Below, one piece after another: positions 52,150 through 63,181 of a DNA stretch of 64,000 nt. The notes beneath the pieces are model-generated. The model was not told the DNA's origin. It made no database searches and saw nothing but the letters and a program-made list of their open reading frames with translations. How positions within the stretch are numbered: the stretch's first letter is position 1; every line of letters begins with the position of its first letter. Source of the stretch: an uncultured Actinomycetes bacterium (GTDB lineage: Bacteria > Actinomycetota > Acidimicrobiia > IMCC26256 > JAOSJL01); the NCBI GenBank assembly GCA_963704035.1, contig CAVPGR010000004.1, positions 1,157,174-1,221,173 of the forward strand, given 5' to 3'. Made by a program: the position numbers and the translations under genes.

Positions 52150-53185
52150 TCACCAGACACGGGTGAACTCTCCGGGAGGTGTCCATTGCTCCAGAGCCTC
52201 ACGGTCACGCGCGGAAGCTGTGAGGTCGAGTGCACAGAAGAGTGGATGCGCGGCGGGCCATGTGAGGACGCCGGCGTTGTAGCGCCGCGAACGTGACGAG
52301 ACCGACGGGGTCGACGGACAACCGAGCTTCGTTGCCTGTGCCTCCCTCGTGGAGGAGACGCGCCTTGCGAACGAGCTGTGGGTCGGGCACGTAGAGGCGA
52401 ACGGGGTAGTCCGCCGTGGCAGCGAGGGGCGCTCCCCACGCCAGCGCGCCGCTCACGCCGGACGCCGCCCAGCCCGGAGCCGCGAGGTCGTGACGGTTGA
52501 ATCCCAGCTGGTCGTCGTCTTCGGGGGGCATCGACCATCTGATCGACACAGCGTCATGTGGCCACTCGTCGGCGAGTGCCCAGAAGAGCTCCGGCACGAC
52601 GGCCCGGTAGTCGCCGCGGGCGCGCCTCTCGGCGAGGTGCGCTTCGACCAGAGCGGACATCGCGCGCGTGATCGAGCTCGGGTTCAACTGGGCGAACCGA
52701 GCGATGTCGGAGCCGCGCATCGGAGCCTCCGGATCCAGCAGGAGTGCCGCTGCGGCCGCGAGCCCGGACCGTCCGGCGATCGGCTGGGACGAGCGGGGTG
52801 CCTCTCCCTTGCGGATCGCCGGCGACACGTCGGAATCGACGTACAGGCCCTTAGCCACGAGCCGGAGATGTCCGCGGCGGTCGAGCCAGCCGATCCCCGC
52901 GCCGTCGAGCAGCTCCCGCGCCGGTGCCGAGAGCTGGTCGGCCACGACAACCGTGGGCCGATCCGGGTTCCGCGAGGTTGCGAGATTCTCGAGCTTGTCG
53001 ATGGTCGGTATCGAGGTTGCCGCCACGTCGACGACGAGCTGCTTTCCATTCGGTGGGGTGATCACCAGTTCCGACGTATCGGTCCGGGGCGATCGATGCG
53101 CCCTGAGGCCGGCGTCCTTCGCGGCCTGGTCAAGCGCCGCGACAGCGGCGGCTTCGAGCTGTTGCGGGAGCACGCGATAAGCCAT
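52150..53185 (-). pseudogene. AbiEi/Rv2827c-like wHTH protein (putative antitoxin) with the frame broken near 52283 as sequenced
   Basis: Starts MAYRVLPQQLE. Contains VVVADQLSAPARELLDGAGIGWLDRRGHLRL and wHTH SDIARFAQLNPSSITRAMSALV. The C-terminus YNAGVLTWPAAHPLFCALDLTASRARDREALEQWTPPGEFTRVW* is recovered in another frame. Confidence 0.55.
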
Positions 53186-53214
53186 TGCGTATTGCATAAT
53201 AACGCAATATGCAA
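53185..53214. promoter_or_regulatory. Operator-like inverted tetramer array TTGC-N3-TTGC-N8-GCAA-N3-GCAA
   Basis: TTGCgtaTTGCataataacGCAAtatGCAA abuts the AbiEi-like start codon, in an AT-rich divergent intergenic region. Confidence 0.45.
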
Positions 53215-53220
53215 CGGAAC

Positions 53221-53261
53221 GACAATTGTCCGGATCCGCCAATTGCCTGCGTCAGGCAATT
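53221..53261. promoter_or_regulatory. Two further perfect palindromes in the divergent intergenic region
   Basis: GACAATTGTC (53221-53230), with a near copy GACAATGTC at 53272-53280, and AATTGCCTG-cgt-CAGGCAATT (53241-53261). Confidence 0.45.
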
Positions 53262-53365
53262 CGCCAGCCGGGACAATGTCTCTCGGGGGTTCCCCGGAGC
53301 CGCTAGTTAGGATCACAAATGAAAGAACTGTTCCACTTATGATGGTTAGGTGGTATTCTGTCAGC

Positions 53366-53989
53366 GTGGACTTCGTGCGACCGGTCGAAGCAATCGTGCC
53401 TGGGGCTCAGGGACGCGTCCTGGCAGTCCTGGCCGAGACGACGGCTGAACTGAACCTACGAACGATCGCTCAGCTTTCCGGGGTGAGCCAGGCGCAGGCG
53501 TCCCGTGTGCTGCCGGGACTGGTCGAACTCGGCGTCGTCGAGCGGCGGGAGGTGCCCCCTTCCTCGCTGTTCCGTCTCATCCCGGAGCACGTCGCCGCAC
53601 GCGCCATTCTGGACCTTTCCCGCTCCGCGGACACGGTTCTCGACGAGATCCGTCGCATGACGCGGTCGCTCCCCCAGCCGCCGGCAAGCGTCATCGTGTT
53701 CGGTTCCTTCGCCCGACGTCAGGCACGGGCCGACAGCGACATCGATCTGGTCGTGGTGCGACCGAGTGGGGTCGACGAAGACGACGAACGATGGGCGAAC
53801 TCGATCGAGCAGTGGCGCACAGACGTCCGACGGCTCACGGGCAATCCCATCGAGATCCTCGAGGTGGGCCTTGATGAGGCGACATCACGGCTGGCCGGCG
53901 GCAGCCAGCTATGGAGCGAGCTCCTCCGTGACGGCAGCGTCGTTCATGGCGCCGGGTTCGAAGAGCTGACGAGCATCCGTAGTGCCTAG
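53366..53989 (+). CDS. Winged-helix + nucleotidyltransferase fusion protein (MNT-type antitoxin-like), copy 1
   Basis: VDFVRPVEAIVPGAQGRVLAVLAE...IAQLSGVSQAQASRVLPGLVELGVV is the wHTH. VFGSFARRQARADSDIDLVVV is the NTase GS...D.D motif. The listed ORF 52349..53989 is mostly antisense shadow. Confidence 0.7.
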   Translation: MDFVRPVEAIVPGAQGRVLAVLAETTAELNLRTIAQLSGVSQAQASRVLPGLVELGVVERREVPPSSLFRLIPEHVAARAILDLSRSADTVLDEIRRMTRSLPQPPASVIVFGSFARRQARADSDIDLVVVRPSGVDEDDERWANSIEQWRTDVRRLTGNPIEILEVGLDEATSRLAGGSQLWSELLRDGSVVHGAGFEELTSIRSA

Positions 53990-54281
53990 GAAGGCGCGTA
54001 CCAAGCGCGTGTCGGCATCCCAGGTCCGCTCCTACGCGAGCAAGGCGGAGGAGTTCGCCGAAGCCGCTGCCAGCGAGGACCATGACGAGGTTCTGGTTCT
54101 CCTCCGGCAAGCAGGTCCCGACGGCGCCGAGGTAGAGCGCCACCTCCGCCGGCTCTTGTCCCTCAAGACAAAGGCAGAGTACGAGCCTGACGACATCGCC
54201 CCCGCGGCTGCCGTCAAGGCCGTCGAGCGTGCTCGACGTTGCGTCGCCGTTGCCACACGGGTGGCATCCACGGCGAGGTAG
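53982..54281 (+). CDS. HEPN-like small protein, copy 1; appears to lack the Arg-bearing helix of the Rx4-6H motif
   Basis: GTG start overlaps the NTase stop by 8 nt. ...KAEEFAEAAAS|EDHDEVLVLLRQ...LKTKAEYEPDDI aligns to copy 2 except for about 20 missing residues that correspond to HAGISAADAICGARLGRRS. Confidence 0.5.
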   Translation: MPRKARTKRVSASQVRSYASKAEEFAEAAASEDHDEVLVLLRQAGPDGAEVERHLRRLLSLKTKAEYEPDDIAPAAAVKAVERARRCVAVATRVASTAR

Positions 54282-54372
54282 CCACCCGGCTGTGCAGCAG
54301 GTAGGCGGCGTGGCACGGGTAGCTCCCCCGTCGCCCTCACGAGGTCGACGTGCAGGATTTCGTCCCGCTCGC

Positions 54373-54930
54373 TCAGTCCGGGGCGTGCTCGTCGATCCAG
54401 ATGTTGTTGCAGCGCTCGCACACGTCGTCGGGGATCACTCCCCGGCGCATGAGCAGCGCGAAGAACTGACACCCGAGGCAGACCGCAAAGATGGCCTCGA
54501 GGCCCGCCGCCACGACGATCATCGCCACGAGCACGTAGGCCGCGCCGGTCAGCCCGAAAGCGAAGTGCAGCACGAAGGCCGTCACCGAGAGGGTGGCGCC
54601 GATTCCCTGGGCGAAGCGCTTGGGAGGACCGGCGACGTACCTGGCGGGCAACGACACGTTCGGCACGATCACCCGCGTGACGAGCTGGCCGAGCGGGCTC
54701 AGCGTCGGGCCCGTCGCCACCCGGGCGACGAAGCCGTAGGCGAGGGGTATCAGAATCCAGGGCTGTTGGAACACGAGCATCGCGATCGCCATGACCAGCA
54801 CCCCGGCCGCGACCAGGCGCGCCGAGAGCTCGTTGACCGGGTTGGGGAAGCTGAACAGTTCGCTCATCCACACCGCCGTCCCGACCTGCGTGGTTTCAGC
54901 TTTCGGTGTTTCGACCTTCGGAGATGTCAT
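54373..54930 (-). CDS. DUF4395-like membrane protein with a C-terminal Cys cluster
   Basis: Contains NELSARLVAAGVLVMA, PKRFAQGIGATLS, AVCLGCQFF and DDVCERCNN. Start overlaps the stop of the upstream mini-ORF (ATGA). Confidence 0.65.
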   Translation of the reverse strand: MTSPKVETPKAETTQVGTAVWMSELFSFPNPVNELSARLVAAGVLVMAIAMLVFQQPWILIPLAYGFVARVATGPTLSPLGQLVTRVIVPNVSLPARYVAGPPKRFAQGIGATLSVTAFVLHFAFGLTGAAYVLVAMIVVAAGLEAIFAVCLGCQFFALLMRRGVIPDDVCERCNNIWIDEHAPD

Positions 54931-55187
54931 GGGCTGAACGTCCCTTCGAGGTGCCAGATTCCGGTGAAGTCGTCGTCACTGTCGCTGTCGCACGCGGCGA
55001 GAACCGACGCGAGCGCGACCAGAAGCGAGGCGGCGAGTCGGGCGCCTGGATGGTCTGGACGCGTTCGCGGGTCATCATCGTCTCGAAGTCCGAGGCCTGC
55101 GATCGCGACGAGCGGCCCGGTGCGCAACGGGAGACGAGCGGTTGGGGCGGCGGTCACGGGGAGGTTCCTCGAGTCGAAAACGGGCAT
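54927..55187 (-). CDS. Mini-lipoprotein-like ORF sharing a C-terminal motif with the 27453 lipoprotein
   Basis: ...RLAASLLVALASVLAAC-DSDSDDD-FTGIWHLEGTFSP*, compared with ...FDGFTGVWHLEGTFTAN*. The true start is uncertain because no ATG or GTG lies close to the signal peptide. Confidence 0.4.
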   Translation of the reverse strand: MPVFDSRNLPVTAAPTARLPLRTGPLVAIAGLGLRDDDDPRTRPDHPGARLAASLLVALASVLAACDSDSDDDFTGIWHLEGTFSP

Positions 55188-55252
55188 TCCGGTCGCCGGG
55201 AGGACGCCGGGGCGTGGACCACGATCCGCGCCAAGGAGAAACGGTAAGCCAC

Positions 55253-55279
55253 AAAACCCGACCTGTCTAGTCGGGTTTT
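55253..55279. terminator. Bidirectional intrinsic terminator
   Basis: AAAACCCGAC-ctgtcta-GTCGGGTTTT. Perfect 10-bp stem with A/T tracts on both sides, about 20 nt downstream of the HEPN copy-2 stop. Confidence 0.65.
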
Positions 55280-55298
55280 GGACCGCAGGCGAGGTGGA

Positions 55299-55669
55299 TC
55301 ACGACTCCGCTTCGAGGACTCCCTGCTCCGTGAGCGCTCGGCGAGCCAACCCCACCAGTTTCTCGGCGCGTCGAACCGCGGCGCGGGCGGCCGCCGGACG
55401 GATCTCCACGGGCTCGTACTCCGCGCGCTGCTTGTCCGCGAGGAGCCGCTGAAGGTGGTTCGATGCCTCTCGTCCTACAGCGGTGACCCCTCGAAGCAGC
55501 TCGACGGCGCCGGCATGCTCCTTGCCGGAGGATCGTCGTCCGAGACGAGCGCCACAGATCGCGTCGGCAGCACTGATTCCGGCGTGGTTCGTTCAGCCAC
55601 CGGCTGGAAGACCCGGAGTGGTAGAGCGCTCTCGGTCCAGGAGAACGATTCCTTCGGCAGCAATCTCAC
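55299..55669 (-). pseudogene. HEPN-like protein, copy 2; the Rx4-6H motif is present but the frame is broken near 55590
   Basis: TNHAGISAADAICGARLGRRSSGKEHAGAVELL...LLADKQRAEYEPVEI...EAES* has no start codon and follows the NTase TGA in the same frame. A candidate N-terminus (GTG 55669: VRLLPKESFSWTESALPLRVFQPVAER) lies in another frame. Confidence 0.45.
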
Positions 55670-56216
55670 GCCAAAGCGGGGCGTCCGACGTCGATCGATC
55701 GGGTTCGTCTTCTTCATCGATCTCGGCCACGTTGACGGGCGAGCCCGCGAATCGTGACATCGCTTCGCGCCACTCACCCACACTCTCTGTCCATGCGTCA
55801 GTCGTGTCCCATCCCTTCGGCCGAATGAGCATGACGTCGATGTCGCTCGACCGATCACTCGTCCCGCGCGCCACCGACCCGAAGAGCACGGCACGAACGG
55901 GGGTAGGAGTCAACGCCGTGATCGTGGTACGGAGTTGTCGGACGACGCACGAGCGCAGGTCGGCGAGCTCCCGAACGAGGCCTCCGACGGCATTGCCGGG
56001 AACCAGCCGATACACGACCGCAGGTGGAACGTCGCGTCGCTCGACGACGCCGAGCTCGACGAGTGCCGCGAGCACCCGAGAGGCCTGCGGGAGGCTGACC
56101 CCCGAGATTCGGCCCACGTCGGACGTGCTCAACTCGTGTTCGACGGCCGCCAGTGCGGCAAGGATCTTGCCCCGCGCCCCCGGGACGAGCGCTTCGACCG
56201 GCCGGCTGAGGTCCAT
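55593..56216 (-). CDS. Winged-helix + nucleotidyltransferase fusion protein (MNT-type antitoxin-like), copy 2
   Basis: MDLSRPVEALVPGARGKILAALA...RISGVSLPQASRVLAALVELGVVERR...LFGSVARGTSDRSSDIDVMLI. This is a clear paralogue of 53366..53989 in the opposite orientation. Confidence 0.7.
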   Translation of the reverse strand: MDLSRPVEALVPGARGKILAALAAVEHELSTSDVGRISGVSLPQASRVLAALVELGVVERRDVPPAVVYRLVPGNAVGGLVRELADLRSCVVRQLRTTITALTPTPVRAVLFGSVARGTSDRSSDIDVMLIRPKGWDTTDAWTESVGEWREAMSRFAGSPVNVAEIDEEDEPDRSTSDAPLWREIAAEGIVLLDRERSTTPGLPAGG

Positions 56217-56288
56217 GGAGACCGGGCTTATGGGATAAGCAAACTAATTGCAATAATCCTTTCAAGAACTTGCATATGTGCGCGTCGG

Positions 56289-57164
56289 CTACGTCGTTGG
56301 TTCTCCGAGCGGGCTCGTCCCTGCACCCGGGGACGCTTGGTCGATTTCGACCAGGCGCTCGACGCCGCTGCCGCCCGAGACGCCGAAGACCAGCACGGGG
56401 CCGACGTCGCGGGCGTAGAGCTTGTACTCGAGGACGTCGGGCTCGAGTGTGATCGTGTCCTTGGTCAGGATCGCGTCGTCGTAGAAGCCCGTCGGCGTCT
56501 CGGCCATCTCGTCGACGCTGAGGATCTCGCCGTTGTCCTCCGCTTCGCCCTCGTAGTACTCCTGGCGGTACGTCATTCCCGGCTTCGGATCCGCCGGCAT
56601 GATGATCCCGGGCAGCGCGCCGTCGACGCCCGCTTCGAACGATCCTGCCGTCGTGGTGATCTCGCCGTTCTCGAACTCGGCGGTGTCCTCGCCCATGTAC
56701 CAGACGTTGCCGGCGTCGTCCTGCGCGTACCAGTCGAACGTGTCCTCGATCAGCTCGCCGTCCTCGGTGACCGTGTCGCGCACCACGCGGGCCGTGATCC
56801 CGTTGGCGATCTCCTTGGTCTCGTCGGTGACGATCACCACGACCTCGAGCTCGGTGCCGTCCGCGTCGGTCTCGGTGTAGGTCCACCGCGTGCCGGGCTT
56901 CATCGGCCAGTACGGGTTGGTGATGTCGGCGCTGAACGTGGCCGGGTCGAGGTCGACCGGGTCGTCACCCTGGGGCAGATCGGACGTAGCGGCGGCCCCG
57001 CCGGTGGACGTCGACGCGTCGGCGCCGCCCGACGAACTGGTGCTACCCGATCCGCCGCTGTCGCTGCCGCAGGCGGCCATGGCCAGGGTCCCGACGGCCA
57101 GGAGTGCGACGAACGACCTCGACACGAACGGAACTCCCCTGGGAGTGCTGATTCTCCGGATCAT
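56289..57164 (-). CDS. Lipoprotein, function unknown
   Basis: Lipobox LAMAAC, a Ser/Gly linker, and an acidic beta-rich body. The ORF opens at 57194. Confidence 0.6.
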   Translation of the reverse strand: MIRRISTPRGVPFVSRSFVALLAVGTLAMAACGSDSGGSGSTSSSGGADASTSTGGAAATSDLPQGDDPVDLDPATFSADITNPYWPMKPGTRWTYTETDADGTELEVVVIVTDETKEIANGITARVVRDTVTEDGELIEDTFDWYAQDDAGNVWYMGEDTAEFENGEITTTAGSFEAGVDGALPGIIMPADPKPGMTYRQEYYEGEAEDNGEILSVDEMAETPTGFYDDAILTKDTITLEPDVLEYKLYARDVGPVLVFGVSGGSGVERLVEIDQASPGAGTSPLGEPTT

Positions 57165-57255
57165 CGTCGCCCTCCTACGGTCGGTGCCACGCACCTACAT
57201 CCAAAAGCTACGGGCACCTCGCTGAATCCAGCCTGAATGCCGGCAGCGGTCGCCA

Positions 57256-58886
57256 CTACCCGTCGCCGAGAGCGTGCATCTGGCCGGCGCGGGTGCCGAC
57301 GTAGATGCGGCCGTTCCAGACGGCCGGGGTCGATTCGATGCAGCCGCCCACCGGCACCGACCACATCTCGGCCGGCTCGGCGTGGGTGTCGGTCACGTCG
57401 TACGCGTGCAGCGAGCCGTTGCAGTCGCCCTGGAGCCACACACCGTCGACGATCACGGGCGAGCCCATGAGCGGCGGCGGCACCGTGATCTCCCAACGCA
57501 CTTCCCCGGACGCCCGGTCGATGCCGAGTGCACGCCCGTTGAACGTCGTGTAGATCACGAGGTCCTCGTAGATTCCCGGCGTGCCCCACACCCCCGACTT
57601 CTCGGCCCCCTGGTCGGTGTGCGACCACACCAGCGGGTTGTCGGGCTTCGACGGGTCGAGCTTCATCATCTGACCCGTTTCCTTCGAGCGTTCGTTGTGA
57701 CGTTCCCACTCCGAGCCGACGTAGAGCATCCCCTCCTCGTCGGCAACGACCGTGGCGTCGGTGTCGTCGCCCGTCCAGAAGCGAAACACGCGCGTGGGTG
57801 GGCCCGAGCCGGTACGCAGTCCGCCGATGTCCCAACCCTGCACGAGCCCGCCCGAGTTGGCGAAGTAGAGCGTGTCGCCGATGACGGTGAGCGAGCCTTC
57901 GATCGACACCTCGCTGCCGACCGCGCCGAGCAGCTCGTCGTCCCATCCCGCCTCGTGGAAGACCAGCTCGGGCGCCACCGTGACCGCGCCGTTGTCGTCG
58001 TATCCGCGGTTGAGCTTCACGATGTAGAAGCGGCTGTTCTCCCCACCCTCGAAGAGGTAGTCGCCCAGGATCAGCGGGGAGCTGTCCCAGTCGTCGTTCC
58101 ACATCGTTTCCCCCACGTAGTCGGCGGGGAGCTTCCACAACTCGCGCGCCTCGGATCCGTCGAAGGCGAGAATGCGAAAGAAGCTGTCACGCGATCCCGT
58201 GTAGAGGAGTGGGTAGCCCTCGGGGTCGATGCTCACCGACCCCTTGATGATGTCGCCGGTGGGGAACGGCGGGAGGATGTCGTCGCCGGTGTCGCCATCG
58301 ACGAAGTGGACGTTGCGGTCGTAGGCGCCGAACGTCACCCAGGTGCGGTCGTCGCGTTCGAACACCGACGGCTGGCCGGTCCAGCCGGTGCCGCACCACT
58401 GGGTTTCCTCACCCTTGTCGACCGACAGCGAACACATCGCCTCGCCCGGATACCGCCACAGCTCCTCGGGCGCCGTGGGGACCGGGCCGGCGCCGTAGAA
58501 GGTGCGGGTGGGGTTGCCGCGGAAGGTGAGGAGCCCCTCGACGGTGGCGCCCGGGAAGGGCTTGCCCACCGAGGCCGGGTCGACCCACCCCTCGAACGGC
58601 GGAGGAGCCGTCGTGGACGGCGTGCCGCTCGACGGCGCTTCGTCAGGTGCGCCGGCGGTGGCCGACGGTTCGGTCGCCACGGAGGCCGCGGTCTTCGCCG
58701 GTGCGGGATCATCCCGAAGGAAGAGGAGACCGACCCCGGCCGCGACGACGATCGCGGCGAGCACGCCCGCCGCGATCAGTCCGACACGTCTGTAGCGACG
58801 ACGATCGCGGCGCTCGGCGCGGGTCGAGCCCGGTGTCGGAAGATACGCCTCGGGCTCGGAGCCGGTCGCGTCGGAGTCCGGATCGG

Positions 58887-58890
<4 letters not shown>
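57256..58890 (-). CDS. Membrane-anchored PQQ-like beta-propeller repeat protein
   Basis: N-terminal TM VGLIAAGVLAAIVVAAGVGLLFL. Repeated ...G.vy.g...G.l.A.D... blades, for example GRIYVGTRAGQMHALGDG. 544 aa. Confidence 0.65.
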
Positions 58891-61672
<2,782 letters not shown>

Positions 61673-61677
61673 GGCGC

Positions 61678-63099
61678 TCAGAGTAGTGGGGGCTCGCCCG
61701 CCGCCGCCTCGACCAGCTCGTTCAGAGCATCGGCGATGCGGTCCGTGACGGCCCACACGTCGGGCACCGACTCGGTGCAGGCGATCACGCCGACGTCGAC
61801 GTTCCCGGTGTTGGAGAGCACCGTGATGTTCATGCCGCATCCTTCGATCAAGGGGCCGAACGGGTAGATGGCCGCCACTCGCGCGCCCATGCAGTAGAGC
61901 GGTAACGGCGGCCCCGGTACGTTCGAGATCAGAACGTTCTGAACGGCGGGGTGCCGGTCGGCGAGGTGCATGCTGCAGTACAGGCGCATCGCTCGGTTGA
62001 ACACCACGGGTGGGACGAACTGGACGACGTCCTGAAGCGCCGTGGCGCCGACGGCGTCGGTGAGCTCCTTGGCGCTCTTCGTCTCGTCGTGGATCGCACG
62101 CAGTTGCTCGACGGGATCCTCGAGGTCGGTCGGGAGCCGGACGGCCATCACCGTGACCTGGTTCGCTCCTTCGCCACCCGAGCCATGTGTGGACACCGGG
62201 CAGTACGAGATGAGCTGCTTGTCGGGCAGATAGCCGTGGTCGAGCATGTAGCGACGCAGCGCGTTGGCGCACACAGCGAGGACGACGTCGTTGACGGTCG
62301 TCCCGAATGCCGACTTCACCGCCTTGAAGTCGTCCAACGACGCCTGTCCGAACGCAATGGAACGATGCGAGGTGAGCGCTCCCGTCCAGTGGGTGCGGGG
62401 TGCGTCGAAGAACACGGGTCGACGTCCGTCGCCCCTCTGTTGACTGACTCCCGTCTGTACCGTCTTGACCAGGGAGTTGCCCACATTCCCGGCGGCGCGG
62501 ACGATCTCTCCGGGGTGCGTGGCCCTGTGGGTCAGGCCGTCGCGAATGAGAGTCCATCCCGAGGGGACGTCGTCGGGTTTCCAGGCGTCGTCGTCGTCGG
62601 GCGGTGGAGGACCAGGTGCGTCACGTTCGAGGTCGAAGAGGTTCGCCATGATGTCGGCGCCGGAGACCCCGTCGATGGCGGAGTGGTGGATCTTCGTCAC
62701 CAGGGCGACACGGTCGTCGGCGAGACCCTCGATCACCCACATCTCCCACAGCGGACGCGACCGGTCGAGGGGTCGGCCCGCGATGTCAGCGGTGATCTCG
62801 GCGAGTTCGCGCATTCCACCTGGTGGAGGCGCTCCGATGCGGTAGAGGTGTGTGTCGAGGTCGAAATCGGGGTCCTCGATCCATACCGGATGATCGAGAT
62901 TCAACGGCACGGGCACGAGACGCCGGCGGAACGGCGGGATCAGGTGCATGCGGCGCTCGATGAGGTCGCGCACGCGCTCGAACGAGTAGCCGTCGGGCAT
63001 GTCGGAGGTGTCGAGCACGAGCACACCGACAACGTGCGTGTGCATCGTCGGCGTCTCCATGTGGAGAAACGACGCATCGAGGCCGCTCAGGCGTTCCAT
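61678..63099 (-). CDS. Wax ester synthase / diacylglycerol acyltransferase (WS/DGAT)
   Basis: Starts MERLSGLDASFLHMET and contains the catalytic HHSAIDGVSG motif. 473 aa. Confidence 0.88.
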   Translation of the reverse strand: MERLSGLDASFLHMETPTMHTHVVGVLVLDTSDMPDGYSFERVRDLIERRMHLIPPFRRRLVPVPLNLDHPVWIEDPDFDLDTHLYRIGAPPPGGMRELAEITADIAGRPLDRSRPLWEMWVIEGLADDRVALVTKIHHSAIDGVSGADIMANLFDLERDAPGPPPPDDDDAWKPDDVPSGWTLIRDGLTHRATHPGEIVRAAGNVGNSLVKTVQTGVSQQRGDGRRPVFFDAPRTHWTGALTSHRSIAFGQASLDDFKAVKSAFGTTVNDVVLAVCANALRRYMLDHGYLPDKQLISYCPVSTHGSGGEGANQVTVMAVRLPTDLEDPVEQLRAIHDETKSAKELTDAVGATALQDVVQFVPPVVFNRAMRLYCSMHLADRHPAVQNVLISNVPGPPLPLYCMGARVAAIYPFGPLIEGCGMNITVLSNTGNVDVGVIACTESVPDVWAVTDRIADALNELVEAAAGEPPLL

Positions 63100-63181
63100 G
63101 GCCGAATGCTAGGTGTGCGCTCTGCATGATGAGGCATGGAACCGGCCGTATTGACGCTTTTGTTCCGTCGGTTCGGGACGT

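Noticed and set aside
52349-53365. The N-terminal ~340 aa of the 546-aa ORF 52349..53989.
   Set aside because: This part is antisense to the AbiEi-like gene and has no motifs. The paralogue begins at MDLSRPVEALVPG, which fixes the real start at GTG 53366.
55593-55595. An in-frame TGA between wHTH-NTase copy 2 and the HEPN-like sequence, considered as possible stop-codon readthrough, selenocysteine, or a fusion protein.
   Set aside because: No SECIS-like hairpin is evident. The paralogous module has separate overlapping genes. A candidate HEPN N-terminus exists one frame off, so a simple 1-nt frame break is more parsimonious.
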